Below, piece after piece: positions 1 to 9,047 of a stretch of 64,000 bases of DNA (the first letter of the stretch is position 1; every line of letters begins with the position of its first letter). The translations under genes and the position numbers were made by a program. The notes under the pieces are model-generated. The model saw nothing but the letters and a program-made list of their open reading frames with translations, was not told the origin of the DNA and searched no databases. This DNA comes from Aquificaceae bacterium (GTDB lineage: Bacteria; Aquificota; Aquificia; Aquificales; Aquificaceae): assembly GCA_037925075.1 (NCBI GenBank), contig JAXSNR010000002.1, forward strand, positions 320,001-384,000, in the 5' to 3' direction.

Positions 1-31
1 TATAATTAAAATAATTAGGAGGCGGGCTTTT

Positions 32-726
32 ATGAACTTGGTAAAAATATTTGAAGTAGTAAAAGATGAGAAGGGAGCTGAAGAGTTTTTAAGACAAAAG
101 GGAATTCTTTTGACCTTTGACAGATGTCCATATTGTGGACACCATAAATTTGTAGAGTGAGAAGGAATTTTTTAAAATGTCAAAAGTGCTCAAGAGAATG
201 GAGCATAAGAAAGGGCTCCGTTCTTGAAAAAATGAAAATATCTTTTTCAAAGTTTATCTTAGCCTTGAAACTTTTTGAGCTTAAGGTTCCTGCATTGAGG
301 GCTTGCAAAGAACTGGGTGTTGCTTACAATACCATACACAACATCTTTATGCTCATAAGGGAAAGGATATACAAAGAGACTTCGGGGGATGATATTCTTC
401 AGGGGGAGGTAGAAGCGGATGAGAGCTACTTTGGAGGAAGAAGGAAAGGGAAGAGAGGGAGAGGGTCAAGAGGGAAGATACCTGTTTTTGGTATATTGGA
501 GAGAAAGGGGAAGGTGAAACTTCAGATAGTGAAAGATGTGACTGGAGAGACTATACTAAGGGAGGTAATAAAGAAGGTGAAGAGGGGGAGTTTGATTTAC
601 ACGGATAAGTTTAGGAGCTGCGATGGATTGGTGATTTATGGATTTAAGCATGAGCGTATAGATCACGGAAAGAGGTTTGCAAATGGGAGGGCATATATAA
701 ATGGTATAGAGGGATTTTGGGGCTAT
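32..726 (+). pseudogene. IS1595-family (ISXO2-like DDE) transposase, frameshifted and 3'-truncated
   Basis: ATG at 32 behind AGGAGG reads ...RCPYCGHHKFVE* (TGA 158-160). The -1 frame continues RRNFLKCQKC (Zn ribbon), VEADESYFGG, IYTDKF, HERIDH, YINGIEGFWGY. Similarity ends about 726. Confidence 0.85.
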
Positions 727-742
727 AATTATAATCGTATTT

Positions 743-1300
743 ATGAATTATGGAATACTAATTGTTTTGTCCCTATACCTCCTTGCCTGTGCGGAAAAAA
801 CTACGGTTGTAGTGGAAGATACACCACCTCCCGCAAGGCCACCTGGTCTTGTTGTTGCTTCAGAAAAGGCTTTAGAAAACGGGAAAAAACACCTAAGAAG
901 GGGCAACTGTGGGAAGGCTATACACGAGTTTGAGAAGGCTCTTACTAAAAATCCTAACAACTTTGAAGCTCTGTACTGGCTTGGAGTTGCAGAGGGTATG
1001 TGCGGATATTACCACAGGGCATACGACAGATTTGTCCTTGCTCTAAAGTATTCACCGGATAAGGGCTGGCAGGCAAGGGTTTATGCAACCATAGGTTTAA
1101 CCCTTTTGTACATGGGTAGGGATGATGATGCGGTGGTTTACTTTGAAAGGGCAAGGGCTATTGACCCAAGGAACGACATAGTTATCGCTTACTACGACTG
1201 GGAAGAGCATGAAAGGGGCAAAGGTCCCAAAAAGCACAAGATAAAGAAAAAGCCAAGGGATAAGGAAGGCTTTGAGCTTACATTAAGATGGCTTGATTAA
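743..1300 (+). CDS. TPR-repeat lipoprotein
   Basis: Signal peptide with lipobox LLAC; TPR-like helices (AIHEFEKAL..NPNNFEALYWLG; YFERARAIDP). Confidence 0.8.
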   Translation: MNYGILIVLSLYLLACAEKTTVVVEDTPPPARPPGLVVASEKALENGKKHLRRGNCGKAIHEFEKALTKNPNNFEALYWLGVAEGMCGYYHRAYDRFVLALKYSPDKGWQARVYATIGLTLLYMGRDDDAVVYFERARAIDPRNDIVIAYYDWEEHERGKGPKKHKIKKKPRDKEGFELTLRWLD

Positions 1301-2253
1301 GGTATGCTTTCCGCATATGTTTTGCTTAGCTTGAAAAGCCTTTTTGCCAAAGTCTTGGCTTCTTCTTTTTTCTCATAGTGGGGGTCGTCCAACAAAAAGC
1401 TGTTTACCTTCCCTCTCACGTAAGCCCTGTAGCACTTGAAAAAGGGCAAAAACAGGTCAAACTCCTCATCCTGAGTTATTCTTCTGTACTCATCTTCGTA
1501 GGCCTTTGAAAGGTCTTTTCTTCCAACAAGGTCAAGCTCCATTGAAAGAAAGCACATGTCGTTTAGCATATCTCCACATCTGAACCTGTCGTTAAACTCA
1601 ATGCAGTCAAAAACGCATATACCCTCTTCAAGAAAGGCCACATGCTCAAGCCTTATGTCTCCATGCCCATCTACGATACGCCCATCCCTTATGCGTTTTT
1701 CAAATAGGTCTGCATGCTCCTTGTAAAAGTGCTCTGTTTTTTCCCTTATAAACTCGTAGTCCTCTTTGTCTATGGTTATGCCTACGTACTTTTCCGTTTG
1801 CATGAAGTTTTCATCTGTGTTGAACTTCGTAACCTCTAACCTTCCGAACTCCCCTCTCCTTTCAGCCCTCTTGTGAAACTCCGCTATGTGTCTTGCAAGC
1901 CTTCTTATGTCCTCATCTGAAATCTCTGAAAGCATGTTTTTTAAAAGTCTCTCCTCCGGTATTCTTCTCATCTTTACCGCATACTCCACTGGGTTGGACT
2001 CCTCTTCAATTAAATACTTTCCGTCCGCCTCGCTTATGGGCACCACATCTAAATAAACCCACTTGCAAAGCCTCCTGTTTAATTCAATCTCTTTTTTGCA
2101 GTTTTCAAGCCTTTTTTCCAATGTGGAGTAATCCAAAAAGCCAAAGTTCACGGGCTTTTTTATCTTATAGACCACCTCCTCCAAAAGCAATACCCAGCTT
2201 GTGTGAGTTTGGACAACCTGAGCTTTTAGACTTTTAGCCAACTCCTCAATCAT
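1297..2253 (-). CDS. Aminoglycoside-phosphotransferase-like kinase (COG2187), without the usual C-terminal P-loop kinase domain
   Basis: QTHTSWV, KIKKPVNFGFLDYSTL, HGDIRLEH, FDCIEFN, YRAYVRGKV motifs. Confidence 0.8.
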   Translation of the reverse strand: MIEELAKSLKAQVVQTHTSWVLLLEEVVYKIKKPVNFGFLDYSTLEKRLENCKKEIELNRRLCKWVYLDVVPISEADGKYLIEEESNPVEYAVKMRRIPEERLLKNMLSEISDEDIRRLARHIAEFHKRAERRGEFGRLEVTKFNTDENFMQTEKYVGITIDKEDYEFIREKTEHFYKEHADLFEKRIRDGRIVDGHGDIRLEHVAFLEEGICVFDCIEFNDRFRCGDMLNDMCFLSMELDLVGRKDLSKAYEDEYRRITQDEEFDLFLPFFKCYRAYVRGKVNSFLLDDPHYEKKEEAKTLAKRLFKLSKTYAESIP

Positions 2254-2617
2254 GTATCAGCTCGCAAAGTCTTTTAAAGTATTCTAACACTTTCGGTAGC
2301 TCCTCGTATATTCTATTGGCAAGTTCTTCTTCGTAGGTGTGGGATGTGAGGTTTCTGTAGTCGCATATCTGAAGCCAGTAGGGGTCATGGTCTATAAGGC
2401 TAAGGGAAAAGGCAAGTCTAAAACAACCTTTTGGAGAGTGGCACTCAAGCCCGTGCACCTTCAGTAAGTAGTCCTTTAGGGACTTCCAAGCAAGGTCAAA
2501 GGCAAACTCAAACCTCTGTATTGCGGAATCCCTTATTATTTCGTTCTTTTCTGGCAAGCTCAAAACCTCTTCAAGCCTTTGCAAAGCCCTTTTAAAATGC
2601 TCAAGCCTTGCACTCAT
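2246..2617 (-). CDS. HEPN toxin / nucleotidyltransferase substrate-binding protein (HI0074 family)
   Basis: IQRFEFAFDLAWK, SPKGCFR, RX4HXY motif RNLTSHTY. Confidence 0.85.
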   Translation of the reverse strand: MSARLEHFKRALQRLEEVLSLPEKNEIIRDSAIQRFEFAFDLAWKSLKDYLLKVHGLECHSPKGCFRLAFSLSLIDHDPYWLQICDYRNLTSHTYEEELANRIYEELPKVLEYFKRLCELIHD

Positions 2618-2918
2618 GAATAACCTCTATCTGTCTTAAGGCATTCCTTTTGAATTCCTCCGATACCCTGTTAAAATCCACAAGGTCCACCTTGTAAAGG
2701 GTTGGTAAGTTCTCTATATCCTCCTCTATCTGTGCCCATTTGAAGGGGTCAATGGGCGGACCCTCTATACCCACATCCACATCAGAACCTTTTCCGCTCA
2801 TGCCTTGTACCCTTGAGCCAAAGAAAAATACCCTATACTTTGAAAGGTCAAGGTGTTTTGAAAGGATCCTAAGAAGCTCCTCTTTTAGCTTTTCTACTGG
2901 ATACCCCTCTAACTCCAT
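2601..2918 (-). CDS. Minimal nucleotidyltransferase (MNT antitoxin)
   Basis: GSX10DXD motif FGSRVQGMSGKGSDVD and KVDLVD; overlaps the HEPN gene. Confidence 0.85.
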   Translation of the reverse strand: MELEGYPVEKLKEELLRILSKHLDLSKYRVFFFGSRVQGMSGKGSDVDVGIEGPPIDPFKWAQIEEDIENLPTLYKVDLVDFNRVSEEFKRNALRQIEVIHECKA

Positions 2919-2935
2919 CTCTTATAATTTTAGCC

Positions 2936-3907
2936 ATGAGCCAGACGCTGGCTGAAAAGTTTTATTACCTTATGAAGTTGGGAAGGGAGTTTGAGATAAG
3001 GTGCAAAGAAGAGTATCTCAAGGGCAACATTTCGGGCTTTTTGCATCTTGCCATAGGTGAGGAGGCGGTGCATGTGGGGGCGGTGGTGGGCTTTGGGAAG
3101 GGTGACCTCTTTTGTCCCTACCGTGAGCATGTACTGGCACTGGCAAGAGGTATTGACCCCAAGCTTATTATGGCGGAGCTTTTTGGAAAGGCTACAGGAG
3201 TATCCAAGGGTAAGGGTGGATCCATGCACCTGTATGAGCCAAAGATGGATTTTTACGGAGGCAATGCCATAGTGGCAGCACATCTTCCCCATGCGGTGGG
3301 TGCGGCGTACGCAAGGAAGTTGATGGGAGAAAAGGCTGGAGTTTTGTGTATTTTCGGAGACGGTGCCACCAACAACGGTACCTTTTTTGAAGCCATAAAC
3401 ATGGCAAGCCTTTGGGAGGTGCCAGTCCTTTTCCTCTGTGAGAACAACTACTACGCCATAGGGACGCATATAAGCAGGTCTTCTGCCCTCAAGGAACTTT
3501 ATCTTAAGGCAAGGGACTATATGCCCGCGGAGGTGGTGGATGGTATGGATGTGTTTGCGGTCTATGAGGCGGTGGTCAGAGCAAAGCAATACATAGAGGA
3601 GTACGGCAAGCCCTACTTTATTGAGGCATACACCTACCGCTTTGAGGGGCACTCTATGGCGGATAAAGGAGACTACAGGTCTCCAAGGGAGATAGAAATG
3701 TTTCGCAAGAGGGACCCAATAAACCTGCTTGTGGAAAGGTCTCTTAGGGAAGGCTGGCTTACAGAAGAACAGATAAGGCTTATAGACCAAAAGGTGGAGG
3801 CTGTGGTGGAGGAGGCGGTGGAGTTTGCCTTGAGCTCTCCAGAGCCTTCTGAAGAGGAGCTATACACAGACCTTTACTGTGGGGTATGCTCTGATGTTAT
3901 ACCGTGA
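2936..3907 (+). CDS. pdhA: Pyruvate dehydrogenase E1 alpha
   Basis: GFLHLAIGEEA, YREH, GKGGSMH, ThDP motif GDGA...ENN, YRFEGHS. Confidence 0.9.
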   Translation: MSQTLAEKFYYLMKLGREFEIRCKEEYLKGNISGFLHLAIGEEAVHVGAVVGFGKGDLFCPYREHVLALARGIDPKLIMAELFGKATGVSKGKGGSMHLYEPKMDFYGGNAIVAAHLPHAVGAAYARKLMGEKAGVLCIFGDGATNNGTFFEAINMASLWEVPVLFLCENNYYAIGTHISRSSALKELYLKARDYMPAEVVDGMDVFAVYEAVVRAKQYIEEYGKPYFIEAYTYRFEGHSMADKGDYRSPREIEMFRKRDPINLLVERSLREGWLTEEQIRLIDQKVEAVVEEAVEFALSSPEPSEEELYTDLYCGVCSDVIP

Positions 3908-4871
3908 TGCCCTAAACTTAGCCCTTGACCATGCCATGGAACATGACAGTAGGGTGGTGGTCCTTGGGGAGGATGTGGGCTTTTACGGAGGAAACTACAA
4001 GGTAACAGATGGGCTTTATGTAAAGTACGGACCAAAAAGGGTTATAGACACACCCATAGCGGAAAACTCCATAGTGGGTACAGCCATAGGAATGGCTCTT
4101 ATGGGGCTTCGCCCTGTGGCGGAGATAATGACAGTGAACTTTGCCATGTTGGTAATGGACCAGTTTGTAAATCAGATGGCAAAGCTAAGGTATATGAGCG
4201 GTGGAAAGCTCATGCTTCCTTTGGTGGTTCGTATGCCTCAGGGTGTGGCAAAACAGTTGGCGTCGCAACACTCCCAAAGCCTTGAACATTTCTTCGCAAG
4301 CGTGCCCGGTCTTTACGTTTTTTCCGCCTCCGACTCCATAAGTGCCTATCATGGGCTTTTGCATGCCATAAGGATGGATGACCCGGTTGTATTCCTTGAA
4401 CATACCCTTTTGTACAGTATGGACTTTCCCTTTGAGTATGTGCGAGATTTTGACCCCTTTAGGGCAAGGCTCTTGAGAGAAGGACAGCATATAACGGTGG
4501 TCTCTTATCTTAAGATGGTTCATGACGTTTTAAAAGCCTGTGAGTGGCTTGAAGAAAGGGATGGCATATCCTGTGAGGTGATAGACCTTGTTTCCTTAAG
4601 ACCTATAGACTTTGAAACCATATACCAGTCTGTGAAAAAGACGCACAGGCTTGTAGTGGTTTATGAAGCTCCAAAAACTCTTGGGCTTGGTGCGGAGGTC
4701 TCCGCAAGGGTTTGTGAAGAGCTTTTCTACTTTTTGGATGCACCGCCCCTTAGGATTGCAGGAGAGGAAGTTCCCATACCCTACAACAGAAAGTTGGAGC
4801 TTATGGCAATACCCACTCCAGAAAAGATATACTCACAGATACTTAGCTGGAGTAAAAGCCATGGACTATGA
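3894..4871 (+). CDS. pdhB: Pyruvate dehydrogenase E1 beta
   Basis: GEDVG, DTPIAE, GLRPVAEIM, QHSQSLE; likely start is ATG 3894. Confidence 0.9.
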   Translation: MLYRDALNLALDHAMEHDSRVVVLGEDVGFYGGNYKVTDGLYVKYGPKRVIDTPIAENSIVGTAIGMALMGLRPVAEIMTVNFAMLVMDQFVNQMAKLRYMSGGKLMLPLVVRMPQGVAKQLASQHSQSLEHFFASVPGLYVFSASDSISAYHGLLHAIRMDDPVVFLEHTLLYSMDFPFEYVRDFDPFRARLLREGQHITVVSYLKMVHDVLKACEWLEERDGISCEVIDLVSLRPIDFETIYQSVKKTHRLVVVYEAPKTLGLGAEVSARVCEELFYFLDAPPLRIAGEEVPIPYNRKLELMAIPTPEKIYSQILSWSKSHGL

Positions 4872-6090
4872 GATTCTCATGCCCCAGTTTTCGGATACTA
4901 TGGAAAGGGGGAAGATAGCCCGGTGGCTCAAAAAGGAAGGGGACTATGTGGAAAAGGGCGAAGTCATAGCGGAGATAGAGGCGGAAAAGGCGGTTATGGA
5001 GCTTCAAAGTTTCAAAAGGGGGACTTTGAAAAAAATACTGGCTTTTGAAGGGCAAGAAGTGGAGGTGGGAAAGCCCATAGCCATAATAGAACTGGGCGAA
5101 AAAGTAGAGAAAACAGAAGAGCCAAAGAAAGAAGAAAAGCCAAAGGTTGAAGAGATAAAGCCACCACCTTTAAAAGAAACCAAGCAGAAGATTGAACTCC
5201 CTCCCGGCTTTGCTTCACCTTATGCAAGGCTTTTGGCAAGCGAAAAGGGTATAGATCTGGAGGAGCTTCAAAAAGAAGGCAGATTGCCCTCACCAACCCA
5301 TGCAAGGGACATAGAGGAGTTTGAAAAGGAAAGATACTTTACTCCAAAGGCTTGGGAGCTTCTCAAGGAGTATGACGTGAGCCTACAGGAGCTTCTTAGA
5401 GAGTACCCACAAAAGAAGATAGATGAGGACCTACTTCTTGCCTACGTGGAAAAAAGGGGCATTCCCAAAAGGGTACCCATATCTTCCGTGCAAAAGAGCC
5501 TGATATCAAACCTTTCAAAAAGCTTTCTTGTACCTCACTACCACATATACGAGGTTTTTGACCTTTCCCTAATACCTTGGGACAGGGAGATAACATTAAC
5601 CCACTGGCTTATAAAGGTGGTGGGCGATGCCATGCACTTCTTTGAAAGGCTTAGGGCGGTCTACAAAGAAGACCACTACCTTGTGTACCCCGACTCCAAT
5701 GTGGGTGTTGCCATAGCGGTGGGTGATGAGCTTTACAATCCTGTGGTAAAGGCGGTAAACAAAAAGAGCCTGAAGGAGATAGCCCAAGAGGTCAGAAGCC
5801 TTAGAAAAAAGGCTGAGGAGGGAAGGCTTGAGCTTGAAGATATGAAGGGTGCAACCCTTACCATATCAAACCTTGGCATGTTTGGAATAAGAGCCTTTGA
5901 TGCGGTAATACCTTACGGGCAGGTTTGCATAATGGCGGTGGGTATGCAAGAAAACGACGGGAAGGCACATGTGAGTTTTACCTTTGACCACAGAGTTGTA
6001 AACGGCTTTCATTCAGCCTTGTTTGTAAAGCATCTGAAGGAAAAACTCCTTGACAGGAACTACATAAAGATGCTAAAAAAGGGAGCATGA
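4861..6090 (+). CDS. pdhC: Dihydrolipoamide acetyltransferase E2
   Basis: Lipoyl domain EIEAEKAVME, E3-binding ASPYARLLA, catalytic TISNLG and DHRVVNG; start ATG 4861. Confidence 0.88.
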   Translation: MDYEILMPQFSDTMERGKIARWLKKEGDYVEKGEVIAEIEAEKAVMELQSFKRGTLKKILAFEGQEVEVGKPIAIIELGEKVEKTEEPKKEEKPKVEEIKPPPLKETKQKIELPPGFASPYARLLASEKGIDLEELQKEGRLPSPTHARDIEEFEKERYFTPKAWELLKEYDVSLQELLREYPQKKIDEDLLLAYVEKRGIPKRVPISSVQKSLISNLSKSFLVPHYHIYEVFDLSLIPWDREITLTHWLIKVVGDAMHFFERLRAVYKEDHYLVYPDSNVGVAIAVGDELYNPVVKAVNKKSLKEIAQEVRSLRKKAEEGRLELEDMKGATLTISNLGMFGIRAFDAVIPYGQVCIMAVGMQENDGKAHVSFTFDHRVVNGFHSALFVKHLKEKLLDRNYIKMLKKGA

Positions 6091-6091
6091 T

Positions 6092-7324
6092 ATGTTTGAC
6101 TACGACGTTATAGTGCTTGGTGGAGGGCTTGCCTATGTGGGTGTGGAGGTCCTAAGAAATGCGGGTTTAAAGGTGGCGGTGGTGGAAAAAGACCCAAACC
6201 ATCTCGGAGGTGTATGTCTTCACGAAGGATGCGTGCCCACAAAGCTTTACCTTTTTGAGGCAAGAAAGGCCTTTGACCTAAAAAGCTCAGCCCTTATCTC
6301 TACAAGGGACTTGAGCCTAAACTTAAAAACCCTTAAAGAGAAAAAGCAAAGGCTTACAAAAGCCCTCAGAGACCAGATAGAAAAGCTTCTAAAAGGTGTG
6401 GACCTCATATACGGAAAGGGAGAGCTTGTAGAGCCCCATGTGGTGGAAGTGGAAGGCAGAAGGATAAGCGGAAGGTTTATCATCATAAACACCGGCAAGT
6501 CCTATCCCCAGAAGCCAAACGGTGATGACCTTTTGGAGATTGAAGAGCTTCCCCAGAGCATTAAACTTGCTGGAGATGACCCAATACTCCTTGAATTTGC
6601 CTGTATGTATGCCCTCATGGGTGTGTCCGTTGAAGCATACTTTGAGGACAAAAGCCTTGATTTTATGCATCCTTCTTTAAAGGGAAGGCTTTTAAAGGTT
6701 TTAAAGGAGCTTAACATACTCTTTAAGCCCCTTTCCGAAGTTCCCACCGATGGGGTGTATTGGCTAAAAAAAAGGGTTCCCAACTCAGAGTGTATAAAGG
6801 TTGGCCTTGCAAGGGATGAATTGGGTCATATATTGGTAGATAAAAGCTACGAGACTTCCTTAAAGGACCACTACGCGGTAGGAGACATAAACGGTATTGT
6901 GGAGCTTGCACATGCTAGCAGGCTTCAGTCTCTTTCTGTGGCACTCAGGCTTACAAAAGGTCAAGGCTTTTTTACACCCAAGTACAAGATTCCCTACGTG
7001 CTTTACACACAACCCCTTTCCTATGCAAAGGTGGGCTTTACAAAGAGGGAGCTTGAGGAGAAAAGAGTGGAGCATGTGGAAAAAAGCGTAAGCCTCAGAG
7101 CCTTTGCGGTAGGAAGCATAAACCACACGGAAGAGGGTATGGCTTTTCTTTACTTTGACAAGAAGGGCTTTTTGCTTGGTGGCGAGATCCTTTCAAGGGA
7201 TGCGGGCGAACTTATATCTGTTCTTACGGTAAGCCTCTTTTCGGAGCTTAACCTTGATATGCTTTCAAGACTTTGCCTACCACATCCCACACTGGGAGAA
7301 ACACTATTTTTGAGACTTTTATGA
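6092..7324 (+). CDS. lpdA: Dihydrolipoamide dehydrogenase E3, divergent
   Basis: GGVCLHEGCVPTK redox disulfide, YAVGD and HPTLGE present; NAD-binding glycine motif is degenerate. Confidence 0.75.
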   Translation: MFDYDVIVLGGGLAYVGVEVLRNAGLKVAVVEKDPNHLGGVCLHEGCVPTKLYLFEARKAFDLKSSALISTRDLSLNLKTLKEKKQRLTKALRDQIEKLLKGVDLIYGKGELVEPHVVEVEGRRISGRFIIINTGKSYPQKPNGDDLLEIEELPQSIKLAGDDPILLEFACMYALMGVSVEAYFEDKSLDFMHPSLKGRLLKVLKELNILFKPLSEVPTDGVYWLKKRVPNSECIKVGLARDELGHILVDKSYETSLKDHYAVGDINGIVELAHASRLQSLSVALRLTKGQGFFTPKYKIPYVLYTQPLSYAKVGFTKRELEEKRVEHVEKSVSLRAFAVGSINHTEEGMAFLYFDKKGFLLGGEILSRDAGELISVLTVSLFSELNLDMLSRLCLPHPTLGETLFLRLL

Positions 7325-7390
7325 TTCAAAACATAACCTTTTCAGCACAGATGCACAGAATAAGAGCATCAAGCGTAAGGAGGTGTTATC

Positions 7391-7534
7391 ATGTGTTGTT
7401 TTAGCAAAGAAGAGCTTGAAAAGATAAAAGCCACTGCACAGGAAAAGAAAAAGCTAAAGGAGGCTCTAAAGGACATAAAGCCTTCTGACTTTGAGAAAAA
7501 GGAGGAGAAAGCGAAGATGCTGGCAAGCAAGTAA
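7391..7534 (+). CDS. Small hypothetical protein, 47 aa (MCCFSKEELEKIK...), absent from the ORF track
   Basis: Perfect SD AAGGAGGTG before ATG 7391, host-like K/E-rich codons, TAA at 7532-7534; fills the intergenic gap. Confidence 0.7.
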   Translation: MCCFSKEELEKIKATAQEKKKLKEALKDIKPSDFEKKEEKAKMLASK

Positions 7535-7558
7535 GGGATAACTGTGGCTAACCCTTTT
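7533..7558 (+). terminator. Possible imperfect intrinsic terminator
   Basis: AAGGGATAAC-TGTG-GCTAACCCTT (8 of 10 pairs) ending in a T run. Confidence 0.3.
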
Positions 7559-7576
7559 GGTTTATAATAGTGCTTT

Positions 7577-8179
7577 ATGAAGTACGATGTGGTTATTGTT
7601 GGTGGGGGAGCGAGCGGTCTCTCTTGTGCTCTTACCTTGGCATCCGCAAGGGGAAGGGGTTGGCAGTGGGCGGAAGGAAGAAAATATCTTATCTTTGATA
7701 CGGATAATTCAGACCTAAAAAAGGCTTTTCTTAAGAACGTGCCAGGCTTATACCCTGTTAATGGTACAGAGCTTTTAAAAAAGATAAGAAAACAGATAGA
7801 AGAATGGGGAGGTGTGGATTTTCTTCAGGAGGAGGTGGTCAGGATAGAAAAAAAGGAGGGGTTTTTTGAGGTGGAAGGCTCAAGCGGTAGAGTTTTCTAT
7901 GCGGACTATGTGGTGCTTGCAGGGGGATTTCACTCCTTTAACATAAAGGGTCTTCAGGTGGAGCTTGTGGAAAACCCAAGGTCTCCAAAACCGGGTAGGG
8001 TTATGATATGGCATAAGGACTATGAGGTGGATAAAAACCTCTTTGTGGCGGGAACTCTTGCGGGTCTCTCTTCACACTTTACCTCTTGTGCTGGCTCTGG
8101 CGTTGAGGTTGCCATTGAAATACTCTCAAGGTTTGCAGGCAAGAGGATAGTCATACACGACGTGCCAGAAGAAGCTTGA
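7577..8179 (+). CDS. Short FAD-dependent thioredoxin-reductase-like oxidoreductase
   Basis: DVVIVGGGASG, VVLAGG, LFVAG; no NADPH domain and no CxxC. Confidence 0.75.
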   Translation: MKYDVVIVGGGASGLSCALTLASARGRGWQWAEGRKYLIFDTDNSDLKKAFLKNVPGLYPVNGTELLKKIRKQIEEWGGVDFLQEEVVRIEKKEGFFEVEGSSGRVFYADYVVLAGGFHSFNIKGLQVELVENPRSPKPGRVMIWHKDYEVDKNLFVAGTLAGLSSHFTSCAGSGVEVAIEILSRFAGKRIVIHDVPEEA

Positions 8180-9039
8180 GAAACCTCCTACCCTTTACCC
8201 TTACCCTTCTTTTCCTTGCCCTTCTTTTTTATTTTGTTCCCTTCGGTGAAATCCTTTTAAGCCTTAAAAGCGTCAAGCCCAAAGACTTTTTAATTGCTTT
8301 TATTCTTTATAGCCTTAGCCAGCTGATAAGGTCCATAAGGTGGAAGCCGCTTTTGAAAAACCTAAGCCTTTATCAGGTCTTTCTCATAAACTCCGCCAAC
8401 ATACTCCTTAACAACCTTTTGCCCGCAAGGACTGGTGAGCTTAGCTGGTTTTATTATGCAAAAAGGCTCGGAGTTAATCTAAGTGCCTCCCTTTGGTCCT
8501 TCCTTCTGGGAAGGCTCTATGACCTTCTTAGCCTTTTCTTTCTTCTTTTCTTGAGCCTTTCCACCCTTAGCTTATACGCTCTTTTGGCTTGTATTTTTTT
8601 GCTTTTCTTTTCCTTATACCTTAGGCTGGTGTATTTTCTTCTTCCTTCTGGGGGAAAGTTGGGAGAGCTTAGGGCTTTTATAAAGAGGGAATTAAGCTTT
8701 CCAATGTCCTTGTTTCTTTTCCTTCTTTCCTCCTTTTCTCATGGTCTTAAATTTATTGGGCTTCTTACTCTTTTGCCTTTTGACAGTATGGATATATACA
8801 AAAGCTTCCTTGCCTTTCTTGGGGGGGAGCTAAGCTCTGTGCTTCCAGTTCATAGTCTTATGGGCTTTGGCACCTACGAGCTTGCCTTTGGACTTCCTCT
8901 TAAACTCTTGGGTGAAAGCCTAAGGGAATGGGTGAAGCTGGGCTTTTTATTCCACAGTTTTCTTCTTTTCTCCTCTTTCCTGTGGGGTGTTCCCTCCCTT
9001 TTAATTCTTAGCAGGCAAAGGGCTAAAAAGCTGTTATAA
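8176..9039 (+). CDS. Lysylphosphatidylglycerol-synthase-TM (UPF0104) flippase-like membrane protein
   Basis: IRSIRW, NNLLPARTGE, GRLYDL, GFGTYE; multi-TM. Confidence 0.75.
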   Translation: MRNLLPFTLTLLFLALLFYFVPFGEILLSLKSVKPKDFLIAFILYSLSQLIRSIRWKPLLKNLSLYQVFLINSANILLNNLLPARTGELSWFYYAKRLGVNLSASLWSFLLGRLYDLLSLFFLLFLSLSTLSLYALLACIFLLFFSLYLRLVYFLLPSGGKLGELRAFIKRELSFPMSLFLFLLSSFSHGLKFIGLLTLLPFDSMDIYKSFLAFLGGELSSVLPVHSLMGFGTYELAFGLPLKLLGESLREWVKLGFLFHSFLLFSSFLWGVPSLLILSRQRAKKLL

Positions 9040-9047
9040 TGTTGAAC

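Noticed and set aside
140..160. Programmed frameshift in the IS1595 transposase
   Set aside because: The short A/T runs here are at best a weak slippery site, IS1595 elements normally use one ORF, and this copy is also truncated.
727..933. C-terminal part of ORF 157..933 as transposase
   Set aside because: After GFWGY it is an off-frame read through the TPR lipoprotein gene.
2930..3790. Long antisense ORFs (also 44834-45562, 50995-51687, 56612-57292)
   Set aside because: They are shadows of well-supported genes on the opposite strand, with atypical composition and no motifs.
4663..4860. N-terminal extensions in the ORF track (E2, MglB, DksA, MtnA, IlvE, Mut7-C, ThiS, SCO)
   Set aside because: They overlap neighbouring genes or promoters; downstream starts fit the family N-termini and SD or -10 positions.
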